DNA of 63,736 bases, the filler included, from Diploschistes diacapsis (Eukaryota): assembly GCA_023645945.1 (NCBI GenBank). It is 8 parts of 8 records of this genome, joined end to end, with 100 filler letters (N's around TTAATTAATTAA, not from the genome) between each part and the next. Parts side by side here need not be neighbours in the genome. Positions count along the whole stretch, not along the records: positions 1 to 7,907 come from JALAIB010001225.1; positions 8,008 to 15,908 come from JALAIB010001226.1; 6 more parts are not named here. One strand, given 5' to 3'. Position numbers and translations under genes: made by a program. Below the pieces are notes generated by a model. That model worked only from the letters and a program-made list of their open reading frames with translations. It was not told the origin of the DNA and did no database searches. This document shows, one piece after another, positions 1-13,400 of the stretch. Each line of letters begins with the position of its first letter. Within the stretch, counting starts at the first letter, position 1.

Positions 1-531
1 GGGTAAAGGGGTTAAGAGAAAGAGGAAAGAAGTGGGGGACGATGGGGATGTTTGGCAAGATTCGGGGTTGAGTCGTGATTGAATCGTGGGAGTTTGGTAT
101 GTACTTGTGAGAGATGCACTACTCGAAGGATATGACTCTGGAGAAAGAGATTATCTGAAAGGTAAAATTTCTTTTGCTACTATGTAAGAGAACGTTCGTG
201 CCAATCTTGGACTCGGGGCGAAGTAGATCTAGTACTTTTAGCTCTATTCGTTTGTTCCATGTATCGTGCATTAGGCACTTTTATATACCAGGCCGACCGC
301 CACCACCACCGCCTGCTGACTGATACGGATGCTCCCCCGTAGCTTCTTGCCCTTGAGGGGAACAAGGGAAAGCATCACTCCGGCCAGCGCATCGAGGAAT
401 GCAACAGCTCGAAGCGAGGCCAGTTCAGGCTTTGAATGCTACCTCAAGTGTCGTCCAGATGCGATGGCGACATCGCCGACCCTGAAACAAACTACTAAGT
501 ACGCTCGACACTAGCGCCAAATTCTCGATGC

Positions 532-2529
532 TCACGTATAATCACTGTCCGTCCTCGCCCTAATATCCCTAATCAACGCCTTCGCCTCCTCAACCTCCAC
601 CCCGTCCTGACAGAGCTCGTTCGCAAGTTCCATGGCCCTCTTCATGCCGCCTCTGCTGAACTCAAAGCGAGCCAGCCACATCCTCGCCTTCGACGTCGTG
701 TTCGTCACTCCGATGGCATTCGCTCTCGTATCCTCGTCGCTCTCGTCCGGCTCCTGTCCCTCCTCCTGAGCCAGCGTCATCTCCATGTACGACGCAGCCT
801 CTTCGATGTCGCCTAGCTTTTCATACATGAGTGCAATGTTATATAGCGTGTCCGAAACCATGTACGGGTCCGGCGCTGCGCCGGTCGAGGTCTGGGAATT
901 GAAGGAGCTGCTTGTGTCGTAGTATGTTCCTGCCACTAGTGCCCGCTTGAAGGCTTTGATGGATTGCAGAGGGCGGTCAATTCGATCGAAGCAGCTTCCG
1001 ACCGCGTTCCACATTGTCGAATCCAGGGGTCGCAGACTTGAGGCTCGTTGGTAGTAGAAGAGGGCGTAGAGGTGCATCTCCAGCATCTCGTAGGTCTGCC
1101 CGAGGCCGTACCAGGCTCGGTAATCTTTCCTGTTGACATCCACGGCCCGTCGGTAACTTTCGATGGCTGCGTGCGGGTTCTTCATTTCGACGTACTCGTG
1201 ACCCATGAGCGTCCAGGCCGCAAGAAAATTCCGATCTAGCATGAGCGCGCGGCGGAAGTACTGCACAGCCTTCTCGTGTTCCGATTTCAGCGAGTAGTAG
1301 TTGCCAACGATGCAACAGGTCTCAGGACGGAACTTGTCGATCGAGGTAGCCAGCTGAGCGAGGAAAGCGAGTTTTGGTCGATTTCTGACAACGTACAGAA
1401 GATTAGAGTAGTGGTCTAGAGAGTCTATACGATACGGGTCTTCGTGCACAATGCTCGAGAAGGCTGCGTCGGCCTCTTCGTAATCTTTCGCGTGATACAA
1501 CAACAGCGCCCTTTGCGTTTTCACAAAGAGGCTCTCGGGGAACACCTTCTCCAGATCGGACAGAGCAGTCCATACCGGGTCCGTACTTTGGTAAAGCATT
1601 TGGTTGCAGTAAATGTTGAAGAAAAACGCCATGATGTCCCTAGGAAGCTGTGGCAGGATATCATTAAGTTCATCGAGGTCGCTGATCAATTCCGCCAGTT
1701 CCAGCCACGCTCCCCAATTATGTTGGTAAAGACGGATGCTTCTAACGAGCCACTGCTTAGCGGCTTCTTCGTTCTTGCTTTTTGCAAGCACGATCCCGTA
1801 GAGGTACTCAAGCCAGCCCCCACTGGCTGCGTGCAGCCCCAAGTTCTGGAAATAGTCCCTCAGCATGGCGGAGATGACTGTCAACTCTGGGTTGACGGCA
1901 GATCCTTTATCCACCGGGCCCAGAATCGCTTCCGTAGCCTCTTCTCTCTTCTTTTCGCCAGCCATATACTTCGCGTAAAGAACTAAAAATAGACTTTTCT
2001 GACTTGTTGGCCGCCCTCCGGATGTGGGTAAGCTACCTGCAGAGGTATCGAAGGAGCTTCCGGTCTGTTTCGCCTTGCCCTTCGAGATTGCTGAGGGACT
2101 AGTCGTTTTCGCCTTGGGCGAGACACCGGAGAAAGTCCCTGCTGGAAGATCCGAGGGTAGAAATACGGCGGCGCATCTCTCAAACTCGCGGCAGTCATAG
2201 TAGGATTTTGCAAGGAGGTACTTGGAGACCTCGGAGGCTTCGAGTTGAGCTTCTTTCAGATCGGTGTTTGGAGAGCCAACAACTGATTGCGGTCTCGGTA
2301 TGTGTGTCTTGATAGAGACATTTGGATTATCGTCGAGCTGCTTTGAAAGAGAAGCAGCTAGCTCGGCCGCCCTGAGTGCATGTTATAAGCGCTACATCGC
2401 TTCTGGCACGCTGGCAGAAGACACACACCACTTCGCTGACTGGTACAGACATCTTTCTGAGCATTTGATGGTGGCATCTTCTAGCGTCGCTCGCAGTCGC
2501 CCTATCACTTCTGTGCTTAAACCAGCCAT
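532..2529 (-). CDS. CDC23: Anaphase-promoting complex subunit 8 (Cdc23/Cut23), TPR protein
   Basis: Exon 1 from ATG at 2529 reads MAGLSTEVIGRLRATLEDATIKCSERCLYQSAKW; intron ~2372-2428; the long exon 2 has YLLAKSYYDCREFERCA and the TPR motifs DKFRPETCCIVGNYYSLKSEHEKAV and AWTLMGHEYVEMKN. Confidence 0.96.
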
Positions 2530-3079
2530 AGCAAAGGAGTCTGAGTGGACTGCCCGGAGATCCTACCCCGTACACTCATGTGTTGCTTGATGGATGTTCA
2601 GCGGCTGAATCGTACTAGCTGCAAATGTATCTCCAGAACAAGCTCTCATCTGGCAATTACAAGGTTTTATAAATACCCCAAGTAAACACGCTAAGAAGTG
2701 TAATTGCTGTTTAATTCTATTGTCCCTTATTCATTTGGTTAACTCCTAACTGTCTGGAAGATATTTTTTTTCTTTTTCTTTTTTCCTTCTTTCTACGTTC
2801 TTTCACTGCGTGCCAGCCTTTTTTTATACTTATGTTCGCACCTTCCGATTAACTTGCTTAATTTCATTCTACATTCGCGTCTTTATGACGCAAAGTTTCA
2901 GGGAGAAGGGGTTCCGCTCTTGGTTTAGCGGGATAGTCCCAACAACACAGCTTTTACCTGTCCTTAAAAAATTTTCCCTTTGTGACCATCAACTTGATAC
3001 TTCTGTTGTTATTCCACCGTCTTGAGGAAACAACTTCTGCTCGCAGAGCAAGAGCATTCGCATCAATACCACTTCCGCC

Positions 3080-4309
3080 ATGAGTGAACTCTCTTGTTCA
3101 CGACCTGTGAGCCTGGTTTATAATCCAAAAACCCTCCTCAAATCTTCCTGTACGAACGGCCTGCCAACTCCCCCTTCGACTTCTCGCGAAGACGACAAAG
3201 CCGAATCTATTCACATCCGTACTATTGTACAAGCATTTAAGCAGCACAGGTCAGGAAAATTATCAGTTGATGATACGCCGAAGTGGAAGAGGTTTACCCT
3301 CTCGCCAAACGAGTACGAACAACTTGAGCGAGTGCTACAGAGCGACGAGTCTCTGTGGGGGTACGTCCATGACAAAGTTCGATCCGACTACTTCCCGTCT
3401 ACCCAACGTTTTGTGATCCGAATGAAGTCCTACTTGCACGAAGATTTCATTCATTCAGTTACTAATGATATTGGGCGTCAGCTCGAGCGTCTTGGGGAGG
3501 GACAGTCGCCTTCAGCACGTTTCGCTCGCTCGATCCGTCGCGGGACATCAACTATCGAGGCTTTGGACCCGGAATACGGCCCGCATACCCCAGATTGCTT
3601 TTTCAAAGTTCAGCGTACTCAAATTCCCGGTGTTGTTCTCGAGATTTCATATTCACAGAAACGCAAGGATTTACCGATCTTAGCCGACGAGTACATACTG
3701 GGCAGCAATGAGAATGTTCGAGTGGTGATCGGTCTGGATCTGGAATACAAAGGGAAGGAAGCAGCCCTGTCGATATGGAGACCCGTGGTAGAAGTTGACG
3801 CGAATGGGAAGAAGTTTCTGAAAGTGGAGCAAGTGGTTACGAACCAGGTATGATTGGCAGAGCCCAGATTCGAAGTTCCTCGATGTTGACCAATCTTGCA
3901 GGCTTTTCGGGACACAGAGGGTCACGTTGTCGATTCCGGGGGGTTGAACATTCCGTTAACAGATTTTGCGAATTCTGCAACCTTGGCACAATATCAACAA
4001 CCACTTGTTGGAGAGATACGCATCGCGGCATTCGATCTCTACACGTACCTCAACGAAGCCGAGCAAGAGTATTTGGGTTTGCAGCAACAGCGATTTACTA
4101 TAGCACCTATGGCTGCGGAGCTTCAGAAGCGAAAACGATCAGAATCGCCAGGGGAAGAAATTGATACATCTGAGGATGAGGCTCGCCACCCTCACAAACA
4201 CGTCGAGCTCTCGGACTCGTCCTTCGAGACTACTACCATACCGTCTGATAATGGCATTCCTAGTACGCGTGTGCTGAGATCAAGGGCCAGAAAGACTATG
4301 TCCCTCTGA
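3080..4309 (+). CDS. Fungal hypothetical protein with a putative PD-(D/E)xK (Uma2/REase-like) nuclease fold
   Basis: ORF 3080-3847, GT..AG intron 3848-3901, in-frame exon 2 (AFRDTEG...) to stop at 4309; motif HTPDCFF-x7-PGVVLEISYSQ resembles the PD...ExxxSQ restriction-endonuclease-like active site. Confidence 0.7.
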
Positions 4310-4441
4310 TTGATGTCCTTTGGTGCGCCTGTCAACTTTCTAGTTTATTATCGTTGACGTACATTACATAACGCGGGACATTAAAACCGTAGATGCAATA
4401 TACATCTCCCACCACCTCCGCGAAGGCTTTATGCTTTTCTT

Positions 4442-4489
4442 CGTGAGAAATCAGCGTGAGAAATCAGCATAAGAAATCTGCATGAGATA
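4442..4489 (+). repeat. 13-bp degenerate tandem repeat (~4 copies, CGTGAGAAATCAG)
   Basis: cgtgagaaatcag cgtgagaaatcag cataagaaatctg catgagatat. Confidence 0.75.
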
Positions 4490-4977
4490 TAATTGTTAAG
4501 CGAAGCGCAGGACTAAATACTCAAAACCTCTTCCTGCTCTAAAATCTACTGCTACCGCAATGAAAATGCCTGCAGCACCCCTGCTTATGTGGCGCCGACT
4601 AGCCGCGGTGCTAACCTTTGTGTACTTCGTAGAGACCCCCCAGAACAAAGGTTAGCATACAAGCGGTGCTCAACTTGTTCCTATCACTGAAGATATATGG
4701 CTAACCTTTGTTTTGGGGGTCACTTCGTAAATGGACGCCGACAGAGTTGGGGGGATAGTTCTATTCAACCAGCAGTACATTCTATAAGAATTATTGGTCA
4801 GGTATCCACCCCGAGACGACATTGCTGGAACTTGCGACTACTAGGATCTGGACATGTCGGACACAGGCAGTTCCCTCGCATATCACAGGAGTGTTGGTTC
4901 ATCTAGCAGCGGCCTAGTACGCCTTGAGATCTATGAAATATATAGAATCTAGAAGGCAGAAACCTAACATGAGACAG

Positions 4978-7293
4978 TCCGAAATGAGCGTCGATCCCGA
5001 CTACACCCCTGATTTCGGTCTGGGCATGAGAGCGGAAATACAGCAGCTATACCGACCGGATGATCGATCGCTTTGGAACGAGTCGGTTCCAGACAAGACT
5101 GCCACGGATGTTGAGGCCGGCTCCTACGCCCAAGAGTGCGCTCTTATCGTACGGCGCGAACCTCATCCGACCACGAACCAAGTCGCGCTACAATCCATAA
5201 CTGTCCGAAGCCCCTTGATCAAGAAGGTGCTTGACGGCACATTCAAAGGCTTTGAGGGTCTTAATACTCAACTGAAACAGCTGACCTTCAAGGCTCCTTT
5301 CCATCCCTTCTACTATCGATGGCATCGTTTCGAGAAGCTTCGCGAGGACGAGCAGGACCAGGAAACCAAGGATCACCTCGACCTCTTGTATCCCATCCTG
5401 AGCGAGGAAATTATGCCGCACATTGAGGCTATGAAGGATCTAACCAAGAACAAGGTGATTAACTTCGATTACTTGTGGACCATCTTTGCCCCCGGCATGG
5501 AGGTGCACACCAAGCTTGATGGTCAAGACCGCCTCATGGAATTGACGGATAACCGATACGGAGCCAACATGGGCGGAGAATTCTTTACCTTGGAATGTCG
5601 ATATATAGATTGCGATGGGTCGAGCTTCGGTTATGTCTCAAGCTCCGTCGACATTAACAAATTCGAAGGCGTGAGGAAGCTCGTCGATCTCGACGCGGTC
5701 CCCAGCCATCTTCTTCCCGACCTTGAGAGCCTTGTCGATCGACTGCATGCGCGCGGTGAGAAGCTCGAGCAACTCAATGGGTTTCACCACATGTCGTACT
5801 CGGGATACTACACGGCTAGATCCTCTCGACAGATACGGAAACGCCATGTATGCAAAAACCTGTATTGTGCTGGCCGCGCAGTGCTAACCAAGGGTTTCTG
5901 GTGAGGTGGAAAGCAGTCGCATCATCATTGACCCGCATACCTTCAATATTTACGGTGCACCTGGGCCTGGCCTTGAGTCGATCGAGTCTGATTTGCACAC
6001 CGACCCAGCTGATGAAGATTTGCTCGCTGGCACTCACAATGTGATATACATAGCGACCAGCCAGGCCTTTCAAGAATACCGAAATGCCTTGGAAAAACAT
6101 GAGAAGCGTAGAAAAGAAGACTTGTCAGGTGGATGTAGGCCTGCCCCCTATCTATTCACATCCACTAAAAACCATGTTTGACATTACTACCAGCCAAAAC
6201 CCTGAGTCCTAAGCAACGCTTGCTCTGCACTCCTGTCATTCGAGGCTACTGCCTGGCTTTCAAAACATGGGGTAAGAGCCCAATACAAATAAGACGCCAG
6301 CCTCTTTGCTAAGACGGGCATATTTTCCCTAGCCGAGTTCTATGTTGAGAACGTTCGCCCAATACGCTGGAGTGAGAATGCTTTTCCCAGGCTTGTGCTT
6401 CCTTATGGTTACAAAGACATTATCCGTGCCTTTGTTTAAGAGCAACTGTCTCGTGAAGATGGGTTCGATGATATCGTTTACGGAAAGGGTAAAGCACACA
6501 GTCTTCTTAACTCTTTATGGACGAAAAGCGAACTGCTAATGATGCAAGCACAGGTCTGGGGTTCATCATGTTGCTAAGCGGGAGAACCTGGTGTTGGTAA
6601 AACCCTCACGGCAGAATCTGGTGCGCTTATTCAGCCTGATAAGTGTCTAATTGTGTCTTACTGAAGGCTGCCAGTTGCCGAGGAGATGCGTCAGCCGCTG
6701 TACTTGATGAGTGCAAGCGAACTAGGAGAGACCGCTGCTGAGGTTGAAGAACCGCTCGAACAAGTTCTGGAGCTGGCCAATAAGTGGAACGCCATTTTGC
6801 TGCTCGACGAGTGCGACATGTTCCTCGAGGCTCGCTCGACTGCCGACATACAGCGCAACCGCCTCGTCTCCAGTGAGTGTTGATCCGCTTCCCTCAGCTA
6901 TGGAATACTACTATCCAACCAAGGCTGACCCGTTCACCTGGTTCAGTTTTCCTGAGGCAGCTTGAATATTACCGAGGTGTTATGTTTCTCACTAGCAACC
7001 GTGTCAATGACTTCGACACTGCCTTTGAGTCGCGGATCCATTTAACCATCCACTACCCGCCCCTGGATATCCCCAGCAGGCTCCATGTATGGAAGACTTT
7101 TGTTCAGATGGGAGACTTGGAGAGTCAGCTGAGCGGTATGGACCTCGAAAATCTGGCGAAGATCGAGGTCAATGGGAGGCAGATCAAAAACATCGTTAAG
7201 ACGGCTCGCTTGCTGTCAAAGCAAGAGAAAGCTCCACTGGCTATGGAACATATTGAGATGGTGCTAAAGGTCAGGAAGGGTTCTTCCGTTTGA
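4978..7293 (+). pseudogene. Fungal AAA+ ATPase (large N-terminal domain plus AAA core), inactivated; further 5' exons probably lie upstream (possible ATG at 4560)
   Basis: Multi-exon; Walker A GEPGVGKTLTAES, Walker B AILLLDECD, SRH FLTSNRVNDFDTAFESRIHL; in-frame TAA at 6437-6439 (RAFV*EQL) and a +1 G frameshift at ~6580 just before Walker A. Confidence 0.85.
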
Positions 7294-7907
7294 CGGTGTA
7301 TGGCAACTAGTGTGTCGCACTGGAGAAAACCTGACTACCCTGATAGGCCTAGGATTACAGCCAAATCAATCTCACTCGGATACGTATGAGCTTTGTGACA
7401 GTTCGAGGTATCAAAACCAAGGCTGTTGAATTACGTACTCGAGCAAAAGAACACAGTTTTTGTGGGTGCACTTTCGGGCCATACTGACTGAAAACTTGTG
7501 ATAAGTTTAATCTTGAGTGCCTGCTTCGAATCTTCCATGGTGCTGGTCCGACTTCTTTGCCACTTCAGTCTTTCCATTACTATCAAACCCGTTTCACAAA
7601 GCCGTTTCCAATATATCAAAACTTAGTTGCTCTTGGTTATTATCAGAGAATTCCAGCGACTCTGGTTTCAGGAGCAAAACTGACGTTCCATGCGGGGAAG
7701 TCGCAAGCCATATCACTTCGGCGATCACGTCTGGTAAGGTGGTAGGTAGGTAGTGTTTGTAAAGCTCATGGCCGATTTGAGGACTATTTTAGAATTATTT
7801 CTGTCAGAACCTACTGTCAAACATTCAAACATTCGTTTAGTAGAGGGTAATCTCACTTCTCCCCGGGGCAATGTTAGCATGCGCCCACATCTAGGACACC
7901 CCCCGAC

Positions 7908-8007
7908 NNNNNNNNNNNNNNNNNNNNNNNNNNNNNNNNNNNNNNNNNNNNTTAATTAATTAANNNNNNNNNNNNNNNNNNNNNNNNNNNNNNNNNNNNN
8001 NNNNNNN
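7908..8007. other. Artificial contig spacer (N44-TTAATTAATTAA-N44)
   Basis: 100-bp N run with a six-frame stop linker; identical design at all seven junctions. Confidence 0.98.
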
Positions 8008-8068
8008 CCAAAAATCCATTATCTCTCCGCCGGCGGATGTTTTGTGTCTCGGTTCTGAGAATCAGTAG

Positions 8069-8953
8069 CCGCTACCGTACCCTCGAAGCAGCCGCGAATC
8101 GGTTACAGAAAGAATCCAAGGGATACTTGGATTCGTTACGAGGTATGCTTTTGCTGCGGCCGGAGAGGACGAGACGGGAGGCTGAGTGATACTGCAGCGA
8201 TGACGGCCTCACAGATGCGCATTGCCGAGACGATCGACGCCTTTTACGGCGACGCGGGAACCAGGGATGGGGTTAGCAGGAGCTACAAGCAGGCCGTTGA
8301 AGATCTGGATGCGGAGACGATCAAGGCGCTTGATGGGCCATACAGGTTCGTTGCTACCCGTAGTAGCAGCCGGAGAAGTGAGAGGAAACGCGGGAGGGCG
8401 ACAGCTGACAGGGACCATAGAGCGACGGTTCTCGACCCAATATCCAGGTTCTGCTCCTACTTTCCCGACATCAACGAATGTGCGTCCCTTCCGCTTGCCT
8501 GCCCCCCCCCCTCTTGCTAACCACGAGGGCTGCGAGTACTGATGCACTGCGAGGCTAGGCATCAAAAAGCGCAACAACAAACTCCTCGACTACGACAGCA
8601 TGCGCTCCAAAGTCAAGAAGCTCGTCGACAAGCCGGACAAGGACCCCTCCAAGCTCCCCCGCGCCGAACGCGAGGCCGAGCTCGCAAAGACGGCCTACGA
8701 GCAGCTCAACGAGCAGCTCTTCACCGAGCTCCCGCAGCTGATCGACCTGCGCGTGCCGTACCTGGACCCCAGCTTCGAAGCGCTCGTCAAGATCCAGCTG
8801 CGGTTCTGTGCGGAGGCGTACAGCCGTATGGCGCAGGTGCAGCAGTATCTGGACGCGGATACGAGGGAGCAGTACGCGCAGGGACACCTGGACAGCAAGG
8901 TCGAGCAGGTGCTGGGGGAGATTAGGGATTTGAGCATTGCGGGGACCGTGTAA
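8069..8953 (+). CDS. RVS161: BAR-domain amphiphysin Rvs161/Hob3, 5'-truncated by the contig end
   Basis: Four exons read RYRTLEAAANRLQKESKGYLDSLR / MTASQMRIAETIDAFYGD / IKKRNNKLLDYD...LPQLIDLRVPYLDPSFEALVKIQLRFC. Confidence 0.93.
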
Positions 8954-10472
8954 GAGGAGTGGATAGGCAGGTGGGAGAAGGGGGGGGAATGGACACGGCG
9001 CGATGAGGTGATGAAAGTATGCGATGGGGTCTTGACGGCATCTTTAACTAGCGACACTTTTTTTTCTGGGCTGGGGCTAGGGAGAAACTGGAGGAGGCGG
9101 GCTATCGGTAAGCCGTTGCTGCTGCAAGTGGGGTGGAAAAGGGCGTTGCTTGTTTTGCTTGTGGACTACTTCCACGGCCACAGACGTTTTATGGGGCTTG
9201 CTGTACCCTCTCTGCAGGTAGTTGCTACGCTATCACAACTTCTTCCCCCCCTTTCCCACAGAGCATCGGGGGAACTAAATAAGATACCTGGGCCGTCCGT
9301 ATCCGGTGGCATGGTGCAATGGCGCCGCGGCCGAACACTTCATGGGCGACGAGGTGTGGGGATTTTTGCAGAGGGAACATGTGTGCTTCGAAGATGCCCC
9401 GTTCGAGGGGCGGCTGCGCTTGACCGATTTTCCTCTCTCTCTCTCTCTCTCCCCTCTCGGAGTTAAGGCATCTCTTGATTGTAGAAAAATAGGCCGATGG
9501 CAACCTACCTATAATAGATGTGGGACGATAGCCCTTGCAAGCGAAGGAGAGGGGAGCGTCCTACCTTCCTCCCCCCTCCCGGAACTTTGGGGTCGGCCTG
9601 GGATCGTTGGAAGCTGGGCTGCATCATCATCACGCCGGCAAAAAGCCCACCCTAACCTACCACCTTCGAGGGTATAAATATTTATGCTACTTGTTTCTGC
9701 CTGCTTCTTGCCCCCCACCCCCCTTTTTTTTTGGGGTGGTGTACGTGGAAGATGAAGCTTCTAGCTTATGCGGGATAGAGTTATCTCGGAACGCGCGCTC
9801 ATGTTTTTTTCAATACTGTATAGGAACTTGGGAAGTAGGGTGCGGTGCTTGAAAAACTACCGGTCCTCTTTTTTCGTTTCACGCTGTTTGTTTGGTTGAT
9901 ACGCTGCCTTCGCTGCCGCCGCTGCCCCGCTGCCGGTGGAAGCAACCTAACTGAATTATTGATACCCGAAGACTGCTGACTCCTGAAAAGAGTAGTCGTC
10001 GTCTTTTGGGTCCCCTCAAGGTCGGCTTGCTATACTGGATCTACTAGTATATGCGGCTAGTGACGTGCCTCGATTCGAGCCTAGCTCGCGACTTGGTTAT
10101 GGAAGAAGATGTGATGCGACTTGCCATCAGCCCCAATATCAGACGTTAACACTACCCCACGGATGGGATGCTGTACGCGACCGCCGCGTACTCAGCACTT
10201 GAGCCTGTGGCCATAGTGACGAACCGTGCCCCATTTGTAATGGATGGCATCGGCGACAGGCTGGGTGGTTCCCATATATGTCACTTGATCCCACGCGCTA
10301 AAATGGCTTCGGCTCGGTATCGACTCGAGTACGGCGCAGCTTTGCTCACAATCACGATTTGGAAGTCACTGCAGTGCTTATCTCACTCTGCTATATCTTC
10401 CCAAATCTTACGGAAGCTGCGTCCATAGTTGGAAAAGGCTGGCGCTGCCTGTTCTGGAAACACCAATGCTTG

Positions 10473-13400
10473 ATGACAACTGTCTAACCATATCCAAAAG
10501 ACGGTCTCTGCCTCTTGTCCCTCGATGGGGGAGGAGTTCGAGGTCTCTCAACTCTCTACATCCTCGAAAGCATCATGGATGAGGTCAACAGGCTTCGTGA
10601 GGAGAAACTTACCGTCTCGGTCACCCTGCCAGCTCTTTGATGTTATAGGGGAAACCTCGACCGGAGGGTAAGGCTTTGCTATGAGACTTTGCCCTTCGCT
10701 TCTCACTCTTTATGCCAGTCTCGTAGCCATCATGCTGGGCCGACTTGGGATGACCGTTGATGGATGTATCGCAGCATACATGGAGCTCATGGATCCCATC
10801 TTCGAGGGCAAGCCTCACTGGATGCCTATGTCTGCGTCTGCAAAGCTCAAGCCGCAATTCGATTCTCAGAAATGAGAACGACGACCCAAAAGGTCCTTCG
10901 TCAGCGTGACATGCCCGAGGACACTCGTATCAATAACAGGAATGAGCGCAATTGTAGAGTGTTGGTTCTGACAGTGATACCGTTGAACGCCACTGGCACT
11001 CGAACAGGTTCATGTGCGCTGTCTCCAAGGAGACTGGGGAGCCGTGCGTATCCGGAGCTATGGCCAGCCCTATCGTGACAATATCCCTGCAACTATATGT
11101 GACGCGGCACTAGCGACTTCTGCAGCAGCTGGATTTTTGGAACTAATTACAATTGGCCCGCGTCAGTTCGTCGATGGTGCTTTGCGCAATAACAACCCAT
11201 TAAGAGACATGTAGGCCGAGGCCCAAGACATATGGAGTCCGGACACGGGAGACTTGAAGCCCCCTCGTCAAACGCTTCTTTTCTTATTGGCACTAGCGCT
11301 CAGGCAAAAGAAGCGGTCGAAGACAACATTTTAAGCTCATGACCAAAACTCCCATGTCCATCATGACAGATACTGAGGTGACCAACAAAAGCTTTCAGGA
11401 TCAATGACGCAGACACTTAAATGAGAAGCGATTATTCCGCTTCGATGTACAATAAGGGCTACAGAATGCAGGCTTGGCCAAGTACCAAAAATGGGTAATC
11501 ATGATGGCAGCAACCGAAGATTATCTGAGCGACGGGGAATCAACAGAGCGAACTCAGAACCTGTGCTGAAACTTGAAGGGAAAAGAAGGTGCGTATATTG
11601 GGAATCTTGCATGAGCAAGGGCGTACGGCGCCTTTGCTAACGGCAAGTCTAGTCCAAGGTATCCCATTAGATTTCCAGAAGAGGGTATCCGTAGGTCACT
11701 CGTCTTTGCTTCGAGTTGCTGATCCGCCATCGAGCTATACACTTTGAGTACTTCCAGGGTAGTTACAACGTCAAAGAAGTCGAAGAATGCCGTGCCAAGC
11801 TTCACGTCACTGATGTTGCACAAGAGAGAAAGAAGTTGAAAACCAGTAAGGGCCGCCGGGTACTAGGGCTTTTGGATGGATCACTACTGACGCGAGCTAT
11901 CTATATTGGCGGGGCTCAAGACCGATACGCTTTGGACCACCATGGGACCTGGACGCGGGAAAATGATGCTGCGCTGCTAATCCTCGAAGTCTCGAACAGT
12001 TTGCGTCAGGATCGGCCATGACTTCGAGCTCGCTCACCCCGAGAGAGCATAACAAGGTCGGTCTATACTAGTTTTTCTACAGCTTTTCTACAGCAGCGAG
12101 GAAGGAAGTCGCAGTCCTTGGGAGCCTGATACATCAGATCGTTGAAGACATCCCAGATCTCATGAAGTACGTACTCGACTTTCTCCAACCAATTGCACCG
12201 GGAGCAGAGCGGCATCCCGACACCAAACAGCAGACTGATGCGGATAATCAACCGAACGATGATAACGAGAGCCAGTCGGGAAGCCCTAGGAAGAATGATC
12301 AAGTGCTCGGTTAGTAGACAACCAAACACCCGCACACCACAAGGCCCAGTCAAGTCTTGAAGAATCTCAAGTCCGTTCAGAAAATGGCTGGAAAATCTCG
12401 TAAAGAGGAGCAGTCGCAGGATGAGCATGAGGAACAACAGGAAAAACAATCAGAAAGCCGTCTGAACGATCCGGGAACTGTTTCTGAGAAGACCTACCAA
12501 AATCTCGACAGCGCCAATTACTCGGCGCCAGTGAACTATCATACATACTTGGGATATTGGTTGGAGAACTGGACGTTGATACGGCTTTTTTTCTCTTGGA
12601 CGGCGTCGACGATTGCGATAGACAATTACAGGAGGAGCTGATGCCAGAGTTGCTCGATTTATAGGACGTCAAACCTGGCAGATTCAAATTAGTAGTAGTC
12701 AGCCGATCGGGCAGTAGAACGGGTAAAACACCCACAATTGAGCTTGAAGAGATCACAAGCGATATCGAGAAGTTTGTTTCCAATGGAGTCGAAGAGCTTG
12801 TTATTGTTGATGTTTCGACGAGAGACTTCGACTCGAGGTAGTAAAAGCCTTATGGAAGGAGCGCAGTGAACTTTCCTTTAAGCGAGCCTCGCGGTGCGAC
12901 AAATCACCAAAAAAGAAAACATGCACGGAGATCTTGACTACAATCAAGTCTGTGCCGCATGGTCTGGACAATAAGTACAGCCACATGCTGCAGCAAATCA
13001 ATGAAGAACACTAAGAAGGCATATCGGATCCTGTGCGGGTCACAGCGGCAGTTCGACCGTTGGAGATTGCAGGAAGCATCTGTGGTGATCAATGCTCGTT
13101 CTTCGCATTTGGTATCGCCTGAACAAGCTGTTTTCGCGACGAAGTCACATATTGTGGGGGTCTTGTAGGGGTTCGAAACAATGTGGTCTGCTCTGTTCAC
13201 ACCTCAGCCAGAGATTTCCTGCTTTCTGACAAAACTGGGAACGATGAAGCTTTGAAGAATTCAACGTAGGACTGAAGGAGCTGCCTTACAAGCTTGCTCA
13301 ATTTTGTCATGGCTACATTCGGCGTAGCAGTCTTTCAAGATCTGAGACGAAGCTCTCCAACCTTTCTGACGGAGAGAAGCCGAAATCGTTAAATTATGCG

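Noticed and set aside
7908..8007. TTAATTAATTAA recurring every ~8 kb as a biological repeat or element boundary
   Set aside because: Always centred in an identical N run; it is an assembly linker with stops in all frames
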